From positions 286,481-350,480 of the forward strand of contig PBCF01000002.1 in assembly GCA_002716945.1 (NCBI GenBank): a stretch of DNA of 64,000 bases. The letters run 5' to 3'. A model generated the notes under the pieces. It did no database searches. It saw only the letters and a program-made list of their open reading frames with translations, and was not told the origin of the DNA. The position numbers and the translations under genes were made by a program. This DNA comes from Gammaproteobacteria bacterium. Lineage in GTDB: Bacteria > Pseudomonadota > Gammaproteobacteria > GCA-002705445 > GCA-002716945. Positions 39,004-49,134 of the stretch are shown here, piece by piece (position 1 is the stretch's first letter; each line of letters opens with the position of its first letter).

Positions 39004-40671
39004 ATGACAAGAACTGGTCTCCTCGTTACATCTTACAAGGATGTTGCACTAACTAATGATTATCCTGAATCCACATGGATTGCTATGGATTATCTTATAA
39101 CACAATTATTTCCAAAAAAGGAATTCCAATATTTTTTCAAAAACAAAACTTATAGTAATGATTTGAATTATATACCATATAAAATTGCACATAATTGGTA
39201 CCGAGATAATAAGGGAATAGACATATCAAGTGGTCCTTATTCTGTAGGAATGGTTTTGGAGCATAGATTAAATTATATATTAAGTAATTTAATTAACTAT
39301 TATTATGCTTTTAAATATTGGGTTAATAAGAATGATATTATCTATGTACCCAAAACTAACAATACATTTTTCAATATATTATGTGATAACTTTATTGATA
39401 ATATAAAATATATTAATGGAAATTATGAAATAAGTCCTCAAATAGACATATTTATAAAAAATAAATGTACCATAAGACCTGTTAATATTAAGAAAAAATC
39501 ATATATAGCAAAACTTATTCAAAAAATGCTGTTTATTAAAAATACTAACAAGGTAATGGTTTTTCCAGATTGGACATATAAAAGTTTAAAACATAAAAAT
39601 TACATATATTTTAATTCATATAATCTATTTAATTGTTTTTATATGGATAATAATCCTAATACAGAAACAATTGTTAATGATTCAATATCTAAGATTCCAG
39701 AAATTTCTAACACATTAGACGATATCATTTGTCAGTCTTTTCCAAACGACGATATAGAATCTTTTGCTTCATTGATTAAGCAAAATATACAGTATGAGTA
39801 TATCAATGCAATTAAGAATACAAATAGAATTTTTAGTCTTTTTACAGATGTAATATCAACATATAAACCAAAATCAATTGTTATTCCAGATTATGGAATA
39901 AGTCCATGGTACAACATAATTGCGCAAATTGCTGAACAACATAATATAAAGTTATATTCTGTAATAGATGGGTTTCATATCTTTATGCAAAATTGGACAT
40001 TAAAGAAAAATAGAAAAGGTAATAATAACTTAATAAAGAATTTTGCATCAATGGGATCAATGAATGATAGTTTTTTAAAAAAATATATTAGCCATGATAA
40101 TGTTATTAATATACAAACACCGTTAGCTAATAATTTAGAAATAAAGAAAAATACAGACATAATATACGATGCAATAATTCTAATGCCTTATTGCTGGAAT
40201 AGCGTCAATGCTGATGATGACAAAAGATATAAATATCTTTTTGATGTTATTAAAGTATTAAAATCTATAAATATTAATAAAATAGCAATTAAATTCAAAG
40301 AAGGGAAAGTTATAGGACCAAATGATACTGGTGAAAAAATAGTAACAGAACAATTAATTAATTTAAATAAATATAAAAATATTAGTTTAATAAGTGGAAG
40401 TTTTTCTGATTATGTTAATAAAACAAAAATTGTTATAGGTCAAGTTGGAACAAGTTTAATCGAATCTGTAATTTGTGAAACTCCATATTTTTTATATGAA
40501 CCAATTGAAAATGGATTATATGATTATAATTTTATAAATTCAATGATTTGCGATAAATCATATGCAAAAAATATTAGTGATTTAAAAAAAAATATATTAT
40601 CAAATAATTGTGTAGAATTAGTTAAAGATAAAATAGTTGACGGTAAATCAATTAATTTAGTTATTAATTAA
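39004..40671 (+). CDS. Hypothetical protein, candidate GT-B-like (nonulosonyl) transferase
   Basis: 555-aa soluble ORF in the glycan locus; weak C-terminal IG..GTSLIES..CETP pattern; no family recognised. Confidence 0.45.
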   Translation: MTRTGLLVTSYKDVALTNDYPESTWIAMDYLITQLFPKKEFQYFFKNKTYSNDLNYIPYKIAHNWYRDNKGIDISSGPYSVGMVLEHRLNYILSNLINYYYAFKYWVNKNDIIYVPKTNNTFFNILCDNFIDNIKYINGNYEISPQIDIFIKNKCTIRPVNIKKKSYIAKLIQKMLFIKNTNKVMVFPDWTYKSLKHKNYIYFNSYNLFNCFYMDNNPNTETIVNDSISKIPEISNTLDDIICQSFPNDDIESFASLIKQNIQYEYINAIKNTNRIFSLFTDVISTYKPKSIVIPDYGISPWYNIIAQIAEQHNIKLYSVIDGFHIFMQNWTLKKNRKGNNNLIKNFASMGSMNDSFLKKYISHDNVINIQTPLANNLEIKKNTDIIYDAIILMPYCWNSVNADDDKRYKYLFDVIKVLKSININKIAIKFKEGKVIGPNDTGEKIVTEQLINLNKYKNISLISGSFSDYVNKTKIVIGQVGTSLIESVICETPYFLYEPIENGLYDYNFINSMICDKSYAKNISDLKKNILSNNCVELVKDKIVDGKSINLVIN

Positions 40672-40677
40672 AAATAA

Positions 40678-41370
40678 ATGAAATATCAAAAAAATATAAA
40701 TGCAATCATATTATGCGGTGGAAAAGGTTTAAGGTTAAGACCTATAACAAAAGACATTCCAAAACCACTGATAAAAATAGGCGAAAAACCTATATTATTT
40801 TATATAATAAAACATTTGTTAAAGTATAAAATTAAAAATTTCATAATAGCAACAGGTTACAAATCTAAAAAAATCGAAGATTTTATGATAAATAGCTTCC
40901 CATTACTTAATTACAGAATTGTTAATTCTGGTAATGTAGCCATTTTAGATAGAATTAAAGATTGTCTTCAGTACATTAAAGGAGATTTTATTTTAAATTA
41001 CGGAGATACATTGTCTAATATTAATATTGAGAAGTTAATTAAATTTCATAATAAAAAATCTAGTCATGTGACGATTACATCATTTCCAATAACAATACCA
41101 TTTGGTGTAATGCAATTACATCCGAATGGAATTGTTAAAGATTTTCAAGAAAAACCAACTTTACAGGAAGTGATGAATATAGGCTATTATTATTTTACAA
41201 CTGCATCTCATGATAAAATCAAGAAAAGCAATGATCTAGTAAAGTTAATAAAATCACTTATCAAATCTAATCAATTAAAATGTTATCAACATAAAGGATT
41301 ACATATAACAATAAATACTATATCTGAGCTAGAATATGCTCAAAAAAATATCAGATCTATAATTAAATAA
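40678..41370 (+). CDS. Sugar-1-phosphate nucleotidyltransferase (RfbF-like)
   Basis: ILCGGKGLRL..PKPL, GYK, YGD, FQEKP. Confidence 0.85.
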   Translation: MKYQKNINAIILCGGKGLRLRPITKDIPKPLIKIGEKPILFYIIKHLLKYKIKNFIIATGYKSKKIEDFMINSFPLLNYRIVNSGNVAILDRIKDCLQYIKGDFILNYGDTLSNINIEKLIKFHNKKSSHVTITSFPITIPFGVMQLHPNGIVKDFQEKPTLQEVMNIGYYYFTTASHDKIKKSNDLVKLIKSLIKSNQLKCYQHKGLHITINTISELEYAQKNIRSIIK

Positions 41371-41385
41371 ATTTTAAGATATAAG

Positions 41386-42123
41386 ATGAGTAAATTATCT
41401 GTAAATAAAATAATCAAAGAAACATTAGGTTATATATACTATAATTCATACAAAAGATATAAACGTCAATTTGGCAACAGATCTTTAATATATCATGCAT
41501 TTGGAAGTAAACTATCGCATGATACATACGGAATAAGTATAAATATAAATGATTTTAAAAATCATCTGATTTTTTTAAAAAATAACTATGATTTTTGTCA
41601 TATAACTGATGTAAACAACTCAAATAAGCTAAAAATATCAATTACTATAGATGATGGTTATAAAGATACTTTATTGGCAGCAGAATATTTAAATTTATAC
41701 AAAATACCTTTTACTTTATTTATAACAACAGATTTTATTGGTAAAAAGCATTATTTATCTAAAAACAATATACAAGAGCTTTGTAAGTTGGATAACTGTA
41801 TAATTGGCAGTCATGGCAAAACTCATGCAAAGTTTGGAATGATTTCAAAAGACAATATTTATAAAGAGCTACATGATAGTAAATTGGTTCTTGAAGATAT
41901 TTGTGGTGTACAAATTTATGGATTAGCCTATCCACATGGTTCATATAATCATGAAACAATTAAAATAGCTAAAAAATTAGATTATCTATGGGCAGCTTCA
42001 AGTATTAAAGGTATCAATAATAAATATTCAAATAAATATCTTTTAAATAGATCTGAAGTCATTAGAACAGATAAGATAAAGGATCTTACAAAAAAAATAA
42101 ATGGTTTTTATGATTATTATTAA
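41386..42123 (+). CDS. Polysaccharide deacetylase (NodB/CE4)
   Basis: LIYH, ITIDDGY, IGSHGKTH, AYPHG. Confidence 0.85.
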   Translation: MSKLSVNKIIKETLGYIYYNSYKRYKRQFGNRSLIYHAFGSKLSHDTYGISININDFKNHLIFLKNNYDFCHITDVNNSNKLKISITIDDGYKDTLLAAEYLNLYKIPFTLFITTDFIGKKHYLSKNNIQELCKLDNCIIGSHGKTHAKFGMISKDNIYKELHDSKLVLEDICGVQIYGLAYPHGSYNHETIKIAKKLDYLWAASSIKGINNKYSNKYLLNRSEVIRTDKIKDLTKKINGFYDYY

Positions 42124-42143
42124 TAAAATATTTAGAAAAATTA

Positions 42144-43196
42144 ATGACTAAAATTATATCAAAACAATATTTAAACAGAAAATTCTGGAAAAATAAAACA
42201 ATTTTATTGACTGGTATTAACGGTTTTATTGGAGGAAATTTAGCTAAAATATTAATAGAATATGGTGCTAAAGTAATTGGATTAACAAATACAAATAAAA
42301 AGAATAAATTTTTAGAATATGAAAAAATATATTCAAAATTAAAAATATATAATGTTGATATAAAGAATTATTCAAAAATTGATAATATTTTAAAAAAAAA
42401 TACTATTGATATATGTTTTCATTTAGCTGCACAGGTTGACGTAAATGTTGCTAAAAATAATCCATTTCAGACTTTTGAAACTAATATTAGGGGTACTTAT
42501 AATTTATTAGAAATATTGAGACATCATAAGAGTATTAAATCAATAATAGTTGCTTCATCAGATAAGGCTTATGGTGATTATAATATCAAAGATTTACCAT
42601 ATACAGAAAATCATGATTTAAGACCTTCTTTTCCATACGATGTGTCTAAGGCTTCTGCAGATATGATAGCCAAATCATATTCAACAAATATTTTTAATCT
42701 TCCAATAATTATTACAAGATTTGCTAATATTTATGGCCCAGGACAATTGAATTTTACTGCTTTAATCCCCGATGTTATTTTAAATATATTAGGATATAGA
42801 AATTTTATTCCAAGAAGTAATGGGTTACATACACGAGATTTTTTATACGTCGATGATGTTGCATATTTATATATGTGCTTAGCATATAATTTATTTAAAG
42901 ATAAGAGACTATCAGGGGAGATATTTAATGCTGGAACTGATAAAGCATACAAGATTAAAGATATAATTTTTAAATTATGTAAAATTTCTAACAATAGCGC
43001 ATTGATGAATAAAATAAAAAAAGATTTTATGAATAAGAAACCATCTGGTGAAATACTTCATCAATCTATGTCATATAAAAAATTAAATAATTATTTTGAC
43101 TGGAAACCTACATTTAGTATGGATGACGGTATCTTTACTACAATCAAATGGTATAAAGAATTTCTCAAGAAATATAGTTATAAGAATTTTTTATGA
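42144..43196 (+). CDS. NAD-dependent dehydratase (CDP-glucose 4,6-dehydratase-like)
   Basis: FWKNK.ILLTGINGFIG, HLAAQ, ASSDKAYG, PYDVSK, NIYGPG. Confidence 0.8.
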   Translation: MTKIISKQYLNRKFWKNKTILLTGINGFIGGNLAKILIEYGAKVIGLTNTNKKNKFLEYEKIYSKLKIYNVDIKNYSKIDNILKKNTIDICFHLAAQVDVNVAKNNPFQTFETNIRGTYNLLEILRHHKSIKSIIVASSDKAYGDYNIKDLPYTENHDLRPSFPYDVSKASADMIAKSYSTNIFNLPIIITRFANIYGPGQLNFTALIPDVILNILGYRNFIPRSNGLHTRDFLYVDDVAYLYMCLAYNLFKDKRLSGEIFNAGTDKAYKIKDIIFKLCKISNNSALMNKIKKDFMNKKPSGEILHQSMSYKKLNNYFDWKPTFSMDDGIFTTIKWYKEFLKKYSYKNFL

Positions 43197-44347
43197 AAAA
43201 TAAAATGAAAATTATGATATTAGGTGCGGATGGTTATCTTGGATGGCCAATGGCAATAGATTTATGCTTTAAACAGTATAATTTAATTCTTATTGATAAT
43301 TATATAAAACGTAAATTGCAAAAGAAATACAAAAGATTACCATTAGATAATATCTCTAAAATAGAAAGTAAATTAAAAATACTTAAGAAAATTAACAAAA
43401 ATATTGATTTTTATAATATAGATTGTACTAATTTTGATGCTTTATCTAAAATATTTAAAAAAACTAAACCAGACGCTGTAATACATTTTGCAGAATTACC
43501 TTCAGCTCCTTATTCTATGTTTGGTTCGAATGAGTCTTGGAAAACTTTACAAAACAATCTTCAAAGTACATTTAATTTGGCTTGGTGTGTTAAAACATAT
43601 AATTCAAATTGTCATATTATAAAACTTGGAACAATGGGCGAATATGGTACACCAAATATTGATATTGAAGAAGGGTGGATTGATATAAATCATAAAAAAA
43701 GAAATCAAAAATTTTTATATCCAAGACAAGGAAGTAGTTTATATCATACATCTAAAATTATGGATACTGACTTATTATGGTTTTATGTAAGACTTTATAA
43801 TTTACGTGTAACAGATCTGATGCAGGGACCTGTTTATGGTATAAATACACATAACGAATTAGATACATCCTTATATCCTATGTTTACTTATGATGATATG
43901 TTTGGAACAATAATAAATCGTTTTATAGTTCAGGCAGTTGCTGGAATACCTTTAACTATATATGGATCAGGACATCAAATTAGAGGCTACATTAATATAA
44001 AAGATACTATTAAATGTATTAATTTAGCTATCAAGAATCAGCCAAGAAGAGGAGACTTGAAAATATTTAATCAGTTTACTGAACAATTCAATGTTAAAGA
44101 TTTAGCTAATAAAATATCAAAATCACTCAAACTTCTTGATATAAAAACAAAAATACAAAAAATAAATAATCCAAGAATTGAAAAAGAAAAGCACTATTAT
44201 AATGCTAAAAACTCTGGTATGAAAAAATTAGGATTAAAACCAACATTATTAACAGATAAAATTATAATAGAGATTGCCAAATATGTAATAAGTAATAAGG
44301 ATAAAATTAATAAATCTATTATACTTCCTAGAAGTAATTGGAAATGA
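43193..44347 (+). CDS. sqdB: UDP-sulfoquinovose synthase (SqdB/Agl3 family)
   Basis: GADGYLGWP, HFAELPSAPYSM, KLGTMGEYG, YHTSK, TDLMQGPVYG, GTIINRF, FNQFTE, NPRIE. Confidence 0.88.
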   Translation: MKNKMKIMILGADGYLGWPMAIDLCFKQYNLILIDNYIKRKLQKKYKRLPLDNISKIESKLKILKKINKNIDFYNIDCTNFDALSKIFKKTKPDAVIHFAELPSAPYSMFGSNESWKTLQNNLQSTFNLAWCVKTYNSNCHIIKLGTMGEYGTPNIDIEEGWIDINHKKRNQKFLYPRQGSSLYHTSKIMDTDLLWFYVRLYNLRVTDLMQGPVYGINTHNELDTSLYPMFTYDDMFGTIINRFIVQAVAGIPLTIYGSGHQIRGYINIKDTIKCINLAIKNQPRRGDLKIFNQFTEQFNVKDLANKISKSLKLLDIKTKIQKINNPRIEKEKHYYNAKNSGMKKLGLKPTLLTDKIIIEIAKYVISNKDKINKSIILPRSNWK

Positions 44348-45327
44348 AAATATTAATAACAGGTGGATTAGGATTTGTTGGAAGTAATTTAGTAGAATAT
44401 CTATTAAAGTATAAAAATATAAAGAAAATTATCATAGTTGATAACTTCTCATCTTCGTCAATTCAATATATAGAAAAATTTACTAAATATAAATTCTTTA
44501 AATCATATAATCATTACAAAAAATCTATATCTAAAGTAGAAATTATTAAAGCAAATATAAATAATTTTAATATAGCTAAAAAAATTACAAAAAACATTGA
44601 CTGTATAATTCATCTAGCAGCAGAATCTGGTATAGACAAATCTATTACAGATCCATTAAATGCTTTTAATGTTAATGTTGTTGGTACATTTAATTACCTT
44701 GAAGCAGCTAGAATAAATAAAGTTAAACAATTTATTTTGGCTTCTAGTGGAGCAGTATTTGGTAATCAAAAACCACCATTTAAAGAAATATATGAAAGAA
44801 ATCCAATATCACCATATGGGTCAAGCAAACTAACAGCTGAAACTTTTTGTCAAACATATGGTATGACGTTTAAAATACAAACAACAATTCTTAGATTTAG
44901 CAATGCTTATGGAAAATATTCTAAACATAAAAATAGTGTAATAGCTAAATTTATTAATAATATTATAAATAGTAAACAGATTGTAATAAACGGCAATGGC
45001 AAGATAACAAGAGATTATATATATGTTGAAGATATTTGTTCAGCTATTTATAAATGTTTACAAAATAAGAAAAAATCTACTATTTACCATGTATCAACAA
45101 ATAAAGAAACGTCATTAAATGATTTAATAAAAAAAATAGAGCATACATTTAATATAATATTAAATTCCCCGTTACAGATTAAAAAAAAATATGGAAAAAA
45201 TCGTTTGGGTGATATGAAAAGTAATTCTCAGTCAAATAATAAAATTAAAAAAGAAATGAACTGGAGTCCTAAAACTAACCTTAATCAAGGTTTACTAAAG
45301 ACCTTAGAATGGTTTATATTAAATTAA
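44344..45327 (+). CDS. NAD-dependent epimerase/reductase
   Basis: MKILITGGLGFVGS, HLAA, PYGSSK, RFSNAYG, TRDYIYV. Confidence 0.85.
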   Translation: MKILITGGLGFVGSNLVEYLLKYKNIKKIIIVDNFSSSSIQYIEKFTKYKFFKSYNHYKKSISKVEIIKANINNFNIAKKITKNIDCIIHLAAESGIDKSITDPLNAFNVNVVGTFNYLEAARINKVKQFILASSGAVFGNQKPPFKEIYERNPISPYGSSKLTAETFCQTYGMTFKIQTTILRFSNAYGKYSKHKNSVIAKFINNIINSKQIVINGNGKITRDYIYVEDICSAIYKCLQNKKKSTIYHVSTNKETSLNDLIKKIEHTFNIILNSPLQIKKKYGKNRLGDMKSNSQSNNKIKKEMNWSPKTNLNQGLLKTLEWFILN

Positions 45328-45336
45328 TAAAATTCA

Positions 45337-46461
45337 TTGAATAATAAAAATAAAACAATCACATTAGTATCAAATAATTACTGGACATTATATAAATTTA
45401 GATATGATGTAATAGAAATGTTTGTAAAAAAAGGATATAAAGTTAATCTTATTGCCCACAAGGATAAGTATCATCTGAATTTTGATTCAGAAAGAATAAA
45501 TAAATATTTCATACCAGTAGAAGTAAGAAGCACAAATATATTAACTGAGCTAAAAACTTTTATATCTTTATATAATATTTATAAAGATCTTAAAACTGAT
45601 ATTATTATACATTTTACTATTAAACCTAATATTTATGGTTCTATCCTGGCACGTTATTTTAAGATAAAATCTATTTCATTTATAACAGGTGTTGGCTATA
45701 TCTTTACTTCTAAAAAATATTTCTTAAGAAAAATTATTGCTTTATTATATAGATATTCACTCAAAAATAACTATGAAGTATGGTTTACAAATAATAGTGA
45801 TAAAATGCTTTTTTTAAAAAATAAGATAATAGATAAATCTCAAAAAACTGATATAGTCCCAGGAGCAGGTATTAATTTTTGTGATACTTTAAATAAGAAC
45901 ATTAAAAAGGATAAAAGTAATAAAATTAAATTTTTAATGATATCAAGAGTAGTCAAGGATAAAGGTGTTCTAGAATTTATTAAGACTGCACAACATTTTA
46001 AATCACAAGCAAAGTTGGAGTTTACTCTTATTGGATCATACAATAAAGATATAACTGGAAGTATTGATCATAATATTTTACAAGAAGCAATAAATAATAA
46101 AACTATAACTTATTATGATTATCAAGATAATATTTTAGAATATATAGAACAATCAACATGTATTGTTCAACCATCTTATCGTGAAGGAATATCAACAATA
46201 CTTCTTGAATCTGCTTCATTAAAAAAACCTATTATAACAACAGATGTCCCTGGATGTATTGATGTTATTCCTGATAATAACTATGGAATAATATGTAAAT
46301 CAAAAGATTATAAGTCATTAATATTAGCAATTGAAAAATTTTTAACTTTAACTACAGATCAAATAGATTCTATGGTTAATAATACATATAAATATGTAAA
46401 ATCAAACTTTAATAGAAAAGATATACTAAAAAAATATGAATATATTATTAGCAATTGTTAG
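45337..46461 (+). CDS. Glycosyltransferase family 4 (PglA-like)
   Basis: FTIKPNIYG, ITGVG, RVVKDKG..EF, PSYREG...LLES, TTDVPGC. Confidence 0.9.
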   Translation: MNNKNKTITLVSNNYWTLYKFRYDVIEMFVKKGYKVNLIAHKDKYHLNFDSERINKYFIPVEVRSTNILTELKTFISLYNIYKDLKTDIIIHFTIKPNIYGSILARYFKIKSISFITGVGYIFTSKKYFLRKIIALLYRYSLKNNYEVWFTNNSDKMLFLKNKIIDKSQKTDIVPGAGINFCDTLNKNIKKDKSNKIKFLMISRVVKDKGVLEFIKTAQHFKSQAKLEFTLIGSYNKDITGSIDHNILQEAINNKTITYYDYQDNILEYIEQSTCIVQPSYREGISTILLESASLKKPIITTDVPGCIDVIPDNNYGIICKSKDYKSLILAIEKFLTLTTDQIDSMVNNTYKYVKSNFNRKDILKKYEYIISNC

Positions 46462-47494
46462 CTCATTTATACTTACATTGATTGTCAGTTATATTTTAAT
46501 TAAAAAACCAATAGCTATTTCTCAACCAACATCACGTGGATTACATGATAATGAAATATCAACATCTGGTGGCATTGCAATATTTTTTGGTTATATTTCT
46601 GCTGCTATATTAATAATTAATGAAATCAATATTTATAATATTTTGTTACTCTTAATACCATTTTTTGTAGTATTACTTGGATTTTTAGATGATAGATATT
46701 CTATAACAAACACAATTAGATTTTTATTTCAAATATTATTAAGTACATTAATTGTTGTTATAAATACTATAGTACTTTTAAATAGTACAGACTTATCAAA
46801 CTTATGGATTTATATATTATTTTCAATAATATTTTTTGTTTATTTTATAAATATATATAACTTTATGGATGGAATTGATTTAATTGCGACAATACAAGGA
46901 TTATTTATCCTTGTTGGAATACTCTCATATTATGTATTGATGGCAAATTATTGGAATATTTGGATATTAATTTTAATTCCGGCTCTAATTGCTTTTATAA
47001 TATTTAATTATTCTCCAGCAAAATTATTTTTAGGAAGTTCAGGTAGTTATTTAATTGCATTACTAGTTGGCCAAGAAATATATATTATGAGTACTTCTTA
47101 TTTACTTGTTGGAATCTCATCAAATACGAATGACATTTGGGCAGCACATCTAATTTTCATATTAATACTAGCAACAATATTTTTAGCAGATTCAACATAT
47201 ACAATTATTGTGAGATTTATAAAAAAACTTATGGATAATACCAGTACATTATTTGAATGCATCCTATATATAACAACACCCCATAGAACTCATAATTATC
47301 AAAAACTAGCATTACTATATGGAAGTCATAAAAAAGTAAATTTATATCTATTTTTCTATAATATTTTATGGTGTTTACCGCTAGCAGTAATTTGTATACA
47401 GATACAAGAATATAAATATTTATGTTTGTTATTTAGTTACATACCATACTTATTTTGGTGTTATATAAATAGAGCTGGAATAGAAGATAAATAA
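46436..47494 (+). CDS. Undecaprenyl-phosphate HexNAc-1-phosphate transferase (WbpL/WecA, MraY-like)
   Basis: RGLH...SGGIA, GFLDD, NIYNFMDGID, PAKLFLG, PHRTH.YQ. Confidence 0.88.
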   Translation: MNILLAIVSSFILTLIVSYILIKKPIAISQPTSRGLHDNEISTSGGIAIFFGYISAAILIINEINIYNILLLLIPFFVVLLGFLDDRYSITNTIRFLFQILLSTLIVVINTIVLLNSTDLSNLWIYILFSIIFFVYFINIYNFMDGIDLIATIQGLFILVGILSYYVLMANYWNIWILILIPALIAFIIFNYSPAKLFLGSSGSYLIALLVGQEIYIMSTSYLLVGISSNTNDIWAAHLIFILILATIFLADSTYTIIVRFIKKLMDNTSTLFECILYITTPHRTHNYQKLALLYGSHKKVNLYLFFYNILWCLPLAVICIQIQEYKYLCLLFSYIPYLFWCYINRAGIEDK

Positions 47495-47495
47495 A

Positions 47496-48455
47496 ATGGA
47501 TAAGGAAATATTATGTTTTTTAAAATATAACCTCATACAAGGAAATATATTCAATACATTAAAGTTTTATAGCATAAAATTCATAAAAAAAATTAGAAAA
47601 ATAAGTAGAATTAAAAATTATCCATCACGCTATAAATATTTATTAAAAGAAGATCTGATAAATATAAAAGATAATAATAAAGTTACTCAAATAATACATG
47701 ATTCATTTGTTAATGTTGATATAAAACTAGCATCTCGAGCTTTTAATATTAAAACTGTTTCTGATATACATAAAAAGTTTAACGATCCAGAAGATTTTGA
47801 ATCATTACATCGTTTTATGTGGTTAAGAACATTAGATATTGACAAATTAAATATAAATAAAATAAATCAAATAGAAAAAATAATTATATATTGGTGCCAG
47901 GTTAATAATCAGTTAAAGAGTAATTCGTTATTAATATGGCATCCATATACAATATCTGAAAGAATTATAAATATTTTATATTATTATTCTAAAATAAAAA
48001 AAAATATTCCTTTAACTGTTCGTAATAATATACATGCTTCAACTAATCTTCTTATAAAAAACCTAGAATTTTATGAAATAGGGTATGGTAATCATCTTAT
48101 AAATAACATTAGATCGATATTAACGTATTCATTATATTTTGATAACAAACAATTGCAGGATATATTTACAACCATGTTTGAGGAATATCTAGATAATTTT
48201 TTAGTAGATGGTTTTTCTAAAGATTATTCCTCTCATTATCAATTATTATTATGTTATTGGTTATTTGATTTAAAACAATTTCTAAAAATATATAAGAATA
48301 ATTCTATACTGGAAATAATTGATAATTATTATGATTTAATTAAATCTAGAGCATTGTTCTTTTATAATAAAAAAAATAATTATTTTACTTTCTTTGGTGA
48401 TATTTCACCTGATTATTCAGCCAAATTTTTATTAGAAAATATTACCTCTCAATAG
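47496..48455 (+). CDS. Heparinase II/III-like protein, N-terminal (alpha-toroid) part
   Basis: LHRFMWL, WHPYTISERIINI, NHLINN, DG...YSSHY, FGDISPD. Confidence 0.7.
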   Translation: MDKEILCFLKYNLIQGNIFNTLKFYSIKFIKKIRKISRIKNYPSRYKYLLKEDLINIKDNNKVTQIIHDSFVNVDIKLASRAFNIKTVSDIHKKFNDPEDFESLHRFMWLRTLDIDKLNINKINQIEKIIIYWCQVNNQLKSNSLLIWHPYTISERIINILYYYSKIKKNIPLTVRNNIHASTNLLIKNLEFYEIGYGNHLINNIRSILTYSLYFDNKQLQDIFTTMFEEYLDNFLVDGFSKDYSSHYQLLLCYWLFDLKQFLKIYKNNSILEIIDNYYDLIKSRALFFYNKKNNYFTFFGDISPDYSAKFLLENITSQ

Positions 48456-48459
48456 TTTT

Positions 48460-49134
48460 ATGTGGGAAAAAACAAACTTTAATAAATGGTCGTTGATTAT
48501 GAGATCTTCTGATAAATTTTCATATCTTCCTAATCACGAACATCATGATTTGTTGCATTTTGTATTATTTTATAATGAGTTACCAGTTTTGGTAGATTCA
48601 GGAAGGGCAAGTTATAACCCTATTGATGTACATGCAAAATCATATTTACCAGAATATCATAACAGCATCAGAATTGATGGATTAGGGTATATACCTGATA
48701 GTAAACACTTATATCCAAATAATTATAATTATCAAGATAGTAACATAATTACAAAAGTTGAAAATAAAACATTAGAAATTTTAATCAGAACACAAGGTTT
48801 TAATAGAATTGATAATAAAATTAACTTTACAAGAAGAATTCTTGTGAATCAAAATAAGATTGAAATAATTGATTCATCTCAATCATTAAAGTCACATGTG
48901 ATAGATAATTATTTTCATTTTCATCCTCAAGTTAAAATAAATAAAGATAAAAATAATTATAGTTTTAAAATTAATAATAAATATTTCATATTTTCACCAG
49001 TAAATAAAAATAAAGATAAAGATATTTCATATTTTTCAAATGAATATGGTCATATTGAAGAAAAGTTTGTGATCCATAATACTCATACCATCAGTAAAGA
49101 TAATGAAATTAGACATAATTTGGAAATAAGTTAA
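48460..49134 (+). CDS. Heparinase II/III-like protein, C-terminal part
   Basis: HEHHDLLHF, VDSGRASY, YHNSI.IDG, FHFHP, FSNEYG. Confidence 0.75.
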   Translation: MWEKTNFNKWSLIMRSSDKFSYLPNHEHHDLLHFVLFYNELPVLVDSGRASYNPIDVHAKSYLPEYHNSIRIDGLGYIPDSKHLYPNNYNYQDSNIITKVENKTLEILIRTQGFNRIDNKINFTRRILVNQNKIEIIDSSQSLKSHVIDNYFHFHPQVKINKDKNNYSFKINNKYFIFSPVNKNKDKDISYFSNEYGHIEEKFVIHNTHTISKDNEIRHNLEIS

